NCBI GenBank assembly: GCA_963727625.1
Contig: CAVSHR010000011.1
Coordinates: forward strand, 64,001 to 128,000
Source of the DNA: an uncultured delta proteobacterium
GTDB lineage: Bacteria; Desulfobacterota; Binatia; UBA9968
Length of the DNA stretch: 64,000 nt
Reading direction: 5' to 3'
Below are positions 1 through 8,247 of this stretch, in pieces. The notes beneath the pieces were generated by a model, which saw only the letters and a program-made list of their open reading frames with translations, did no database searches and was not told the DNA's origin. The first letter of the stretch is position 1; each line of letters begins with the position of its first letter. Position numbers and translations under genes: made by a program.

Positions 1-174
1 GAAGTTGCCCAGGCGAACATCGACTTCCTTCACTTGCCCGGCTTTTTTTTGTTCCTCGGTCGGCTCGACCTTTTTGACGATCTGTCCGCCGATCACTTTG
101 GTATAAAATTCCACCGCCTTGTCGAGATCCTTGGCGCTGGTGGCGAAGGTTCGGATTCCTTTGATATCGAACAT
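1..174 (-). CDS. VOC/glyoxalase family protein (5' part; runs off window)
   Basis: Manual translation MFDIKGIRTFATSAKDLDKAVEFYTKVIGG..., with the VOC-type DLxxAxxFY motif and an AAGGAGG RBS upstream. Confidence 0.75.
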   Translation of the reverse strand, partial: MFDIKGIRTFATSAKDLDKAVEFYTKVIGGQIVKKVEPTEEQKKAGQVKEVDVRLGNF

Positions 175-365
175 GAGCCTCCTTGAGGAAAAAATGTGGG
201 TTTGTGAAATCACGCTAGTGCGGGGAAGCGCGTTGTCAAGGCTTCGGCCCTAGACGGCATGAAACGATATCAGATGCATTTGAAAAATCCAGTTTGCTCC
301 GCGCTGTTTTCGCGCGATGCGACTAAAGGTGTCTTAAAATCGGTATTGTGTCCGCGGAATTACGG

Positions 366-418
366 AATTAACCTCGGAACTAGCCCCCCCGCTCGTTGGC
401 TGCAGCCGCGAGTTGTGT
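366..418 (-). mobile_element. degenerate attC-like site
   Basis: After the stop of 433..1260 (gene sense): ACACAAC-TCGCG-GCTGCAGCC ... GTTAATT. The left half is attC-like and the right half is decayed. Confidence 0.4.
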
Positions 419-432
419 CTCAGCGGCGACGA

Positions 433-1260
433 TTAGCGATCTTTCCACCCGTTCGGGAGAATCACCTCAAGAAAAGTTCGCTGGTAGAGATCTGAGTGCC
501 GAAAAGGCCCAGCGTACCCGAGGCTTTTTGCAACTGTTTCTCTTTCGATTCTCTCGAACGGAGCCAGCCTCGGATCGAATGATACTTCCTCAAAGACTTC
601 ATTCGGCTCAATCGGAAGTCGAATCTGACCCTCCGCGTTGATGCCTCGTTCATCGACGCACATGAGACGGATCTCGGCTTCGTGCGCAAATGCTGTGCGC
701 TTGAGCAGTAGCAAGTCGGCACGGAGATGGCCGCGGCCGACAGCGGCGGGCCCGTGGCGGTCAATCAAGTTGGCTGCGTACTGCAGAATCTGGTCGCGTG
801 TTCCGTAACGCACTGCGCCGAGGTAGCAGGAAACACCTTCTAGAGTAGCTGCCCAAGATCGAGCGGCTCCAATCAATTTCCGCGGCGAAGTGCGCACGCG
901 AACACCCTCGTGACGTGGGTCTGTATTGCGGCCGAAATGAGTATCCTTGTTCACGCGCGAATAGGCCCGTAGTAGCGTGTCTGACTCCTGAGTTCTCGAC
1001 CAGCACTGCGCATATACCGGCAAGAGGAATGTTTCGAGCGACTGTTGCCGCCAAGGCGTGGTACGCTGGTCAACCATCATTATGCTCGACGCCAAGATCT
1101 CGAATGGATCTTCCCACTGCTGTGGTGCCACGAGTACCAATTGGCGCAATCGAAGCGCCTCTTCGAAATACCAAAGAGGGAAGATTCGATATACAGGTCC
1201 ATCGGGGTGCTCGATCCCAAGTAGCCCCTCGATAATGGACGGTGTGGTGTTATCAGCCAT
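433..1260 (-). CDS. DUF2971-like protein (putative cassette gene)
   Basis: QCWS..ESDTLLRAYS and KRTAFAHEAEIR motifs; ATG at 1260 lies just inside a GTTGGGC core site. Confidence 0.6.
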   Translation of the reverse strand: MADNTTPSIIEGLLGIEHPDGPVYRIFPLWYFEEALRLRQLVLVAPQQWEDPFEILASSIMMVDQRTTPWRQQSLETFLLPVYAQCWSRTQESDTLLRAYSRVNKDTHFGRNTDPRHEGVRVRTSPRKLIGAARSWAATLEGVSCYLGAVRYGTRDQILQYAANLIDRHGPAAVGRGHLRADLLLLKRTAFAHEAEIRLMCVDERGINAEGQIRLPIEPNEVFEEVSFDPRLAPFERIERETVAKSLGYAGPFRHSDLYQRTFLEVILPNGWKDR

Positions 1261-1275
1261 AAGAAGTGTGTCGCA

Positions 1276-1333
1276 GCCCAACGCCACGCTCAGCAGGCGC
1301 TCATAGCGATCGGGCTGACGCGAATGATTAGTG
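1276..1333 (-). mobile_element. degenerate attC site
   Basis: Gene sense CACTAAT-CATTC-GCGTCAGCC...CTGCTGAGC-GTGGC-GTTGGGC. L''/L' pair with one extra base, R' is intact and R'' is degenerate. Confidence 0.55.
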
Positions 1334-1367
1334 CCAAAACTTCAGAATGTACACCTTTTTCGTCCTC

Positions 1368-1973
1368 TTACTCTGGGGTCAGGGATGCAGCGCTCATTCG
1401 TTCTAGGACCCCTTCGACCAGATCCTTGCGGTTCGCCATAGAAAAAATTTCGGACGCGGCAAGCAGCGCAATGGCGCTGGAGGAATTGATCACCTCCAAC
1501 ATCTCACCTTCGGAGTAGTTCGCTGTTATCTGACCCGGAGTCATTCGGCGTACCGCTTGCAAGTAACCGCCGTGAGCATAGCTGCACATAGCACTCCAAG
1601 CCTCTTTTTTCACCTTCGAGAGAACACCTACGTCGTAACCACGCTGCGCCTCAATCTCGTCAATCAAGGCGCCAAAAGTCTTCTCATTTATCTTGCCTTT
1701 TGCAAAGTTCTCGACTTCCTTTTCCGATGCACAATGCCAGAGCCATACCCCGCGGACGAAGGTTTCAAACGTTGGGCGAACAAGTGAAAATGCCGATCCA
1801 ACAAATGATTTTTTAAGGAGCAACAAAATGGCTTTGTGGTGCTCGTGAACCTGGTCGAACAGCGCCGCGGCCATGACCTCACGGTCGCCAGAGGGAATCT
1901 CTAGGCCATGGATTGAGCTATCGATCCAGTTCGAAAGATCGGCGGAACGTGCCAGTGCGGGTTGGATGGTCAT
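1368..1973 (-). CDS. DUF6988/DUF5677-like hypothetical protein (putative cassette gene)
   Basis: 201-aa ORF with HH..I..L...SAF.L.RP.FE..VRG.W and MCSYAHGG, flanked by attC-like sites. Confidence 0.65.
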   Translation of the reverse strand: MTIQPALARSADLSNWIDSSIHGLEIPSGDREVMAAALFDQVHEHHKAILLLLKKSFVGSAFSLVRPTFETFVRGVWLWHCASEKEVENFAKGKINEKTFGALIDEIEAQRGYDVGVLSKVKKEAWSAMCSYAHGGYLQAVRRMTPGQITANYSEGEMLEVINSSSAIALLAASEIFSMANRKDLVEGVLERMSAASLTPE

Positions 1974-1983
1974 ATTCTGACAA

Positions 1984-2064
1984 GCTTAACGTGAAGACTG
2001 AACGGACGGGGTCCGCGAGCGTATTGAGCGGGTCTGAAGATCCGTTTCAAGCCGCTTGTTCGAC
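1984..2064 (-). mobile_element. integron attC site
   Basis: Gene sense GTCGAAC-AAGCG-GCTTGAAACGGA...TCCGTTCAGTC-TTCAC-GTTAAGC, directly after TAA (2066-2068) and before the next ATG (1973). Confidence 0.75.
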
Positions 2065-2065
2065 T

Positions 2066-2751
2066 TTATTTCTTGGCCTGCTGTTTAGCCAGTCGACTCT
2101 TAAACTCCTCATACCGATCCGTGAGATCGTATATGTATTCTATGATTGCATTTACGAACGCTTGAAGATCCTCGGCATCTTGCCGTGAAATTGCGATATC
2201 CTCTGGGTGTTCCGCAATAATCCGAAACCAGTGCAATTTGACTCCAAAATCAAAAAACGCCCGTCCATATGGTTGCCCCTTTCAGCTACCGAAATCCTTC
2301 TAGCATTATTTCTTCGTCTGAGCACAAGGCCTCGGCGTCTAAGGTGCGAAACGGCGGGGAATCAAAACATCGCGACAACACTTCGATTGCGGCGCAAGAT
2401 GACGCACGAGGCGGTGCAGGCGCCAGCCTGTAGGCTCTTGTCGGCTTCTAATAACGAGTCCGTCACGACTCGTGGAATCCGCCAACTTGAGAAGGTTCGC
2501 GAAGGTTTGGGATGGATGCGAACAATGTCAGACATTGGTCTTCAGTGGGCATTATGTCCTTCAAAATTTATTTGATGAGACTCCCCAGCGAGAAGCGTTC
2601 CGCAGCTTGGGCACTTGCCGACGTAAAGGCGATTACCATATGGTTCTCGGGCCTCATCGTCGAAACCGCCATTCTCGGCCAACCCCGTTCTCTCTGCGGC
2701 TACTTTAGCCTTGCACCACGGGCAGTCGATAATGAATGTCTTAGTGTTCAT
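2066..2751 (-). pseudogene. DUF4145 (HEPN-fold) family protein with N-terminal CxxC pairs, frameshifted
   Basis: Pieces in different frames: MNTKTFIIDCPWC...CPSC; RIPRVVTDSLLEADKSLQAGACTAS; EHPEDIAISRQDAEDLQAFVNAIIEYIYDLTDRYEEFK..KK*. Confidence 0.7.
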
Positions 2752-2901
2752 ATTATGTATTCTATGTCCAAGCGCGGTGTCAGACTTGCCTAACTCTACT
2801 AACTGTTTTGTCACTGCCAAGCTCGGCTATGGAGCATGATAAAGCTCCAACATCCGGGGCGTGAATTGTACGCAAGCCGCGCGGGCAGAGAAAACGGAAT
2901 C

Positions 2902-3180
2902 TCATTTTTCTACCCGCCGCTGCCGTAAGGCCTCGTAAGAATCTCGAGGGTCCTCGAAATACACGCCGCGGCCGCCGTCGTTCCGGTTGATTTCGCCGGG
3001 GCGTTTTCTGTTGGGGTCGGCCCAGCAATGAAGGCCTCGGTCGCGGACGCGGGCGAAGATCTGGTCGAACTCTTCTTCGCTGATCAAGAAGGCGTCGTGC
3101 TCCGCCGAAATCTTGCCGTCGTTTTCGCAGAAAACGATGGAGACGTTCTTATTGAGCGGGACGACGAGCATCGGTGCCGA
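2902..3180 (-). pseudogene. truncated copy of the VOC family gene at 5905..6288
   Basis: PMLVVPL...AFLISEEEFDQIFARVRDRGL..WADP..KRPGEI..NDGGRGVYFEDP matches the paralog; the N-terminus is missing and the C-terminus is frameshifted. Confidence 0.8.
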
Positions 3181-3184
3181 ACGT

Positions 3185-3940
3185 CTAAACAGAACCGAGC
3201 CGATGCGCCCGAAGGAAGGAACGTATCTGGCGCACCGCCAGGGGAATCCGCTCCTTCGGCTCCTTCCAGGGGAACATGCTGACTTCCGCGTTCGGCGCGA
3301 GCATCGCAGCTTCCATGGCGACGGCATACGGATGCGGTTTTGTATCATCTGGCAGAATCAGTACGGGCGTCCGGCAATTGCGCACGAAATCCCGTGTCAC
3401 GGTCTAGACGAAATCTGCGTCGGTGCGGTACATTTTGGTCAGAAATTTGTCGACCATCTCCATCGTGATGTCCGGCCGGCGCTTGACTAACTCCGGACCC
3501 CAGCCTTTCATATTGCCGTCGTAGGAGTGGGTGGGCAGCTCAGGGCGGAATCCGCTCGGCTGCGCCAGCACGGCCGCGACAATACGATCGGGTGCCCGCT
3601 TCAGCAGGTTCCAAATCAAGGGACCAGCGATGCAGAAGCCCATCACCATGAACTTGTCGATTCCCAAGTGATCCATCACGCCGATATGGTCGTCGGTATA
3701 GGCATCCCAGGGCCGATCGATCTCGAGCGGGCCGGAGGACTGGCCGCCATTGGCGTTGCGCATGTCCGAGAAGATGCAGCGGTACTCTCCCTTGAACTCC
3801 TCGATCGCGTTAAAGGGCACGCCGCGTTTCAAGCCGGCGATCGTCGAATTCAATCCTCCGCCGGGGACGAGTAACAACGGGAAGCCGGAACCGGCCTCCT
3901 CATATTGGATGTGAACGGGGCCTTTTTCGTAGAACGACAT
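3185..3940 (-). pseudogene. alpha/beta hydrolase interrupted by in-frame TAG (3404-3406)
   Basis: ORFs 3404..3940 and 3185..3400 are in frame (DFV*TVTRDFVRNC); GFCIAG nucleophile elbow. Confidence 0.75.
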
Positions 3941-4063
3941 GGCAGTTCCTCGCTGTCTAGTTTATTGATTTAACACTCGCCGCGCTGTAACCATCGCTGT
4001 TACGGCGGCACCGTATTTTGCGTCTAATCGGATCCACCATCCGAGTCCTCCTAACTTTCGGCC

Positions 4064-4136
4064 GGATAACGCCCGCGCTCACCGGCGCCAAGGGAGCGAA
4101 GCGCCCGAGGGCGTCCGGTGGAGCGCACAGTAGGAC
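4064..4136 (-). mobile_element. integron attC site
   Basis: Gene sense GTCCTAC-TGTGC-GCTCCACCGGACGCC...GGCGCCGGTGAGC-GCGGGC-GTTATCC, 4 nt after the stop of 4141..5019; extra-helical bases are in the canonical positions. Confidence 0.8.
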
Positions 4137-4140
4137 GAGC

Positions 4141-5019
4141 TCATAGTGGGTCCGCACCAAAGAGCTTTGCTTCAAGCTCTGTATGCGTTGGCACACGGTT
4201 GTCTTCGATCATCTTGATGAGGGCGCGACGGGCCAAGGCGTAGGTCTGCTGCAAGGAGTCTGCCTTTTTGTCTTCTCGGCCATGCGCAGCAGCAGACCTG
4301 GAGTCGTACAACTTGGCGATCGCCTTCTGTGTGTTCATTCGGGGAATTCCAGCCGGTTCCAGGAAGCTAGCCAGACCGCTGGAAATGCGATACCTCAACT
4401 CTGCTTTGTCGGGGGAAAAGATGGCTTCAAGGCCGCCCCAGAGGGATAACATGGCAAGGCTTCGATGCCGGACGAACATGCTCTGGTCGGTTGCCTCGAG
4501 CAGTACACGAAAGTTATCGTTTGACTGGTACAGGTTTGAAGCCTCCGCCCAGTGCTTTGCTACCCACGCTGCGTCGGTCTCTGAAATGTTTCGCCTTGCT
4601 TCTGAGTCGAGCACAAGCATCTGTGACTCAACCTCAATTGGGTGATACACAGCTTTGGCATGTTGTTCTTTCGCTTCTTGGAAGGACCGTTCGCCGACCG
4701 TTGGGACAAGGAATGTTGGTCCGACCCGAAGTCGCAGCATGGCCGTGATCCACCAGGCGACGTACATAGGATCGAGCGAAAGAGCCGTGACTGTTGAAGC
4801 GGGGACTTCCAGCTGAACCGTCAAGTCGAAGCCGAGTCCGCCTTTCACTGCAACCCAGGGGCCTGGATGATGGCTCCCCTTGGGTGCTGGAGAGAACGCC
4901 ATCATGAACGGGGCGAATAGATGTGCGTAGGAGTTGCTGAGTTTCACTCCGTAGCCAAGCGCGGCCTCGGGAACATCCAGTGTCACTCCGGCCAAGCCGG
5001 CGAATACTCCCTTGCTCAC
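4141..5019 (-). CDS. HEPN (Apea-like) domain protein, cassette-borne
   Basis: LWGGLEAIF...LRYRIS...LYDSRSAAAHG (RxxxxH motif). Confidence 0.75.
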   Translation of the reverse strand: MSKGVFAGLAGVTLDVPEAALGYGVKLSNSYAHLFAPFMMAFSPAPKGSHHPGPWVAVKGGLGFDLTVQLEVPASTVTALSLDPMYVAWWITAMLRLRVGPTFLVPTVGERSFQEAKEQHAKAVYHPIEVESQMLVLDSEARRNISETDAAWVAKHWAEASNLYQSNDNFRVLLEATDQSMFVRHRSLAMLSLWGGLEAIFSPDKAELRYRISSGLASFLEPAGIPRMNTQKAIAKLYDSRSAAAHGREDKKADSLQQTYALARRALIKMIEDNRVPTHTELEAKLFGADPL

Positions 5020-5035
5020 TTCCAGCCTTTAGATC

Positions 5036-5125
5036 GTCCAACTTTTGAGTATACAGGTCTGCCATTACCCTGCTTGGGCGTTTGCATAGCGACGGATTTT
5101 CCTTCAGTTTTCAATCTCTTGTCAA
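5036..5125 (-). promoter_or_regulatory. candidate attI-like site and upstream cassette promoter
   Basis: Gene sense TTGACA-N18-GAAAAT ... CCTGTATACTCAAAAGTTGGAC; a GTTRRRY core without an attC palindrome. Confidence 0.35.
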
Positions 5126-5341
5126 GGATTTTGGCTACGAGATCGCGCCGCAATATACCGGTCTGCGAAAGCTCAATTTACCTGACCGGGATGGAGAATG
5201 GTCTCCCTAAAGCATTGTGGTTGGCGCCAGTTCGGCCGTCTCGGTGTTGTCACGCTCTGGTGCGGTGTCGGACTGTACAATCGAGGTCGATGTAATGGCT
5301 TGCTACAAATTCCCCGGCCGGTCATCCGCTCAATAAGCGAT

Positions 5342-5554
5342 CTACAAATCTTCCGAATTTAAGCCCGTCCGTTTCGCAATTCGGGCAAGCATCCGCGGAC
5401 CAAGTTCTTCGTTATCATGAAAGGCAAAGACAAAATCCGGCCAACCAGGCCGGGAAAGTGTGCGGTGTGAACCGGATTGTCGCTTGATGGCCCAACCGAT
5501 CCGAAGAAGCGCGGCCAATACACGTCTAGCACGTGTGCTGGCCCACTCACTCAT
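5342..5554 (-). CDS. hicA: type II toxin HicA family
   Basis: GW...RQSGSHRTL...AFH..ELGPRMLARI; start overlaps the antitoxin stop (ATGA). Confidence 0.85.
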   Translation of the reverse strand: MSEWASTRARRVLAALLRIGWAIKRQSGSHRTLSRPGWPDFVFAFHDNEELGPRMLARIAKRTGLNSEDL

Positions 5555-5757
5555 GCCGCTGCAAACGAGATGCTGACGAGATTCGGGCCAGCTTCACCAT
5601 GTTCGAGACGGTCAGCTAGGACACGGAGCGCAAGAGCTTGAACCTTTGCCTGAGCCTCGTTCGAAGTGCTTCCGTACGCGAGAACGCCGGCCAGGTCAAC
5701 GACTTCGGCTAGCCAACGACCGTCTTCTTCTTGTTCAATTTCCACGCGGAAGTTCAT
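5551..5757 (-). CDS. hicB: HicB-like antitoxin (short form)
   Basis: EIEQEEDGRWLAEVVDLAGVLAYGST..EA motif, 68 aa. Confidence 0.8.
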   Translation of the reverse strand: MNFRVEIEQEEDGRWLAEVVDLAGVLAYGSTSNEAQAKVQALALRVLADRLEHGEAGPNLVSISFAAA

Positions 5758-5904
5758 GGACCAATCTTACGCCTTTACTCAGCAGTTGAAAAGGATTGTA
5801 AGTACAGCCCTCTAACGCAAAGACTGGGTGGAAGTGGCCCGGACCAGCGAGACCAGTTTCAAGCTGCCTAATTCTACTGATTCTTTTGTCGCCGTCGGCA
5901 TTAT

Positions 5905-6288
5905 CTATCCCCCGCTGCCGTAAGGCTGGGTCAAAATTTCCAGAAAGTGACCGTCGGGGTCTTCGAAATAGATGCCGCGGCCGCCGTCGTTGTGGCTGAT
6001 CTCGCCGGGGCGTTTTCTGTAGGGGTCGGCCCAGTACTTGAGCCCGCGATCGCGGACGCGGCCGAAAATCTGGTCGAACTCTTCTTCGCTGATCAGGAAG
6101 GCGTAGTGCTGCGAGGATATATCGCCGTCGTTATCGTAGAAGTCGATGGAAACATCGTTGTCGAGCGGGACCACCAGCATGGGTCCGAACGGCGTGGCGC
6201 TCGGCAGGCCGAAGATCTCGGTAAAAAAGGTTGCCGACTTCTGTTTGTTTCGACACCAAACTATCGTGTGATTTAGCTGTACACTCAT
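5905..6288 (-). CDS. VOC/glyoxalase family protein
   Basis: LNHTIV, QHYAFLISE, YFEDPDGHFLEILT motifs. Confidence 0.9.
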   Translation of the reverse strand: MSVQLNHTIVWCRNKQKSATFFTEIFGLPSATPFGPMLVVPLDNDVSIDFYDNDGDISSQHYAFLISEEEFDQIFGRVRDRGLKYWADPYRKRPGEISHNDGGRGIYFEDPDGHFLEILTQPYGSGG

Positions 6289-6420
6289 TTTAGAGTTCTC
6301 CTTACCGGGCGTCGTATGCGTTTATTATCGGCTTGGCAACGCCGCCGCTTAGAAGGCACTCTATCAGTTTCCTGACGCGCCGTTAATCGGGTCTTGCCGC
6401 GGCTGCTGAATGCAAAGCAA

Positions 6421-6444
6421 ATTCCTCGCTGCGCTCGGAATGAC
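6421..6444. repeat. REP-like palindrome (GTCATTCCGAGCG-N-AGCGAGGAAT family)
   Basis: ATTCCTCGCTGCGCTCGGAATGAC; related copies at 9485-9554, 12527-12550 and 13280-13361. Confidence 0.65.
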
Positions 6445-6557
6445 AGCCCTGAATTTCGCCGTTTTCAAAGACAGCCGCAGTGGCGTGGCGTCTTGCTCTC
6501 GTTTGATGTAAGAAGGCGGGCAGTGAAACATTACCGAATCCCAGGGGAGGAATAGCT

Positions 6558-8216
6558 ATGATCGCCGGCCATGCAGTCGCTCAGTGTCTTCGCAACGAGG
6601 GTGTGCGCCATGTATTCTGCGTGCCGGGCGAGAGCTATGTCGCCGTGCTCGACGGACTCTATACGACGCCGGAAATTCAGGTAATCACCAATCGCCAGGA
6701 AGGCGGCGCCTGCTTCATGGCCGAGGGCTACGCCAAGGCGACGCGCAAGCCCGGCGTGTGCATCGTCACGCGCGGGCCGGGGGCGACTAACGCGAGCATC
6801 GCGGTGCACAGCGCCAAATACGATTCGGTGCCGCTGGTCTTGCTGGTCGGACAGGTGGCGCGCTCGGCGCGCGGGCGCGAAGCGGGGCAGGAGATCGACT
6901 ACACGCATTTTTTCGGCACCATCGCCAAATGGGTGATCGAGATCAACGACGCCAGGCAGGTGCCGCGGATCATGGCGCGGGCGTTTCACATCGCGCGCAG
7001 CGGCCGTCCGGGCCCGGTGGTCGTCTCCTTGCCGCGCGACATGCTCGAGGAGGATGCGAACATCTCGATGATCGATCCCTATCCAATGTTACGCGTCGAG
7101 CCCGATCCCAAGGCGATGCAAGAAATCGTCGAGCGCATCAACGCGGCGAAGAAGCCGGTGTTGATCGCCGGCTCGGGCACGCAGTATTCCGACGCGCGCC
7201 AGGAGCTGATCGACTTCTCGGAGAAGTTTCATATTCCGGTGCTGACGTCGTACAAACGCCAGGACGCGTTCCCCAACAGCCATCCGAACTACATCGGCAA
7301 CCTGGCCAACGCCAACAAGCACACGCGCAACCTGGTCGCGAACGAGGCGGATTTAGTCGTCGTTATCGGCAGTCGACTGAACCAGCAGACAACTGCAAGT
7401 TTCGCTTTTCCCAAACCCGGACAGCCGTTTATTCAGATCTATCCCGATGAGCAAACCATCGGCCATAACCTGCGCCCCGACTCGGGCATCGTCGCCGACG
7501 CGAAAATGGCGCTGGCCGCGGCGCTCAAATTCCCGGGACCGCGGCCGAACGAGAGCCGCGCCGGTTGGATCGCGGAACATCATGCCGCGCAAAAACGCTA
7601 CGCCACACCGGCCGAGCGCCCGACGCGGCGCGTGTCGATGGAGCGGGTGCTGGTCGATCTCAAAGCCGCGCTGCCGCCGGACGCGATTACGACAACCGAC
7701 GCCGGTAGCTTCGGTCAGTGGCACCAGCGCTACTTGGAATTTGACCACGCGGATTCCTACATCTCGCCAAGCTTGGGCTGCATGGGGCCGGGAGTGCCCT
7801 CGGCCGTGGCGGCGAAGCTCGCCCATCCAGAGCGGTTGGTCGTGACCCATGCCGGCGACGGCGGTTTCCTCATGACCGGGCAGGAGATGGCGACGGCAAA
7901 ACAATACGATGCCGACATCATTGCCATCGTCTACAACAACGAAGGCTACAACTCGATCCGCATGCACCAGGTAGCGCAGTATCCCGGCCGCCCTTGCGGC
8001 AACGATCTGGTCAATCCGGATTTCGCCGGGCTCGGCACGGCCTACGGTGCTCTGGGATTGAAAGTGAATCGCGACGAGGAATTCCTGCCTGCGCTCAAGC
8101 AAGCGATGGCAGCGAACAGGTCGGCGTTGATCGAGGTATCGACCGACATGGAATACGTCACACCGACGGCAACGCTGACCGAGCTTTCGGGAAAGCCGCT
8201 GCAGGGCGGGGATTAA
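6558..8216 (+). CDS. thiamine pyrophosphate-dependent enzyme (acetolactate synthase-like family)
   Basis: VPGESY, RQEGGA, TRGPGATN, and GDGG...NN TPP-binding motif. Confidence 0.9.
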   Translation: MIAGHAVAQCLRNEGVRHVFCVPGESYVAVLDGLYTTPEIQVITNRQEGGACFMAEGYAKATRKPGVCIVTRGPGATNASIAVHSAKYDSVPLVLLVGQVARSARGREAGQEIDYTHFFGTIAKWVIEINDARQVPRIMARAFHIARSGRPGPVVVSLPRDMLEEDANISMIDPYPMLRVEPDPKAMQEIVERINAAKKPVLIAGSGTQYSDARQELIDFSEKFHIPVLTSYKRQDAFPNSHPNYIGNLANANKHTRNLVANEADLVVVIGSRLNQQTTASFAFPKPGQPFIQIYPDEQTIGHNLRPDSGIVADAKMALAAALKFPGPRPNESRAGWIAEHHAAQKRYATPAERPTRRVSMERVLVDLKAALPPDAITTTDAGSFGQWHQRYLEFDHADSYISPSLGCMGPGVPSAVAAKLAHPERLVVTHAGDGGFLMTGQEMATAKQYDADIIAIVYNNEGYNSIRMHQVAQYPGRPCGNDLVNPDFAGLGTAYGALGLKVNRDEEFLPALKQAMAANRSALIEVSTDMEYVTPTATLTELSGKPLQGGD

Positions 8217-8247
8217 GAAAAAGGGCGCTGGATTTTGTTCGTCGATG

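Noticed and set aside
2542-2544. TGA ending ORF 2542..2820 as a third Sec codon
   Set aside because: The homologous-looking continuation is in a different frame and there is no SECIS-like hairpin, so a frameshifted pseudogene fits better.
2902-3348. 148-aa ORF as a genuine fusion gene
   Set aside because: It is a chimera of an off-frame hydrolase tail and the VOC remnant.
3404-3406. Pyrrolysine or amber recoding in the hydrolase
   Set aside because: It is a single instance in a pseudogene-rich region, away from the nucleophile motif, with no pyl genes in the window.
5190-5295. MENGLPKALWLAPVR as a remnant of an IntI N-terminus
   Set aside because: The similarity is too short and weak to support.
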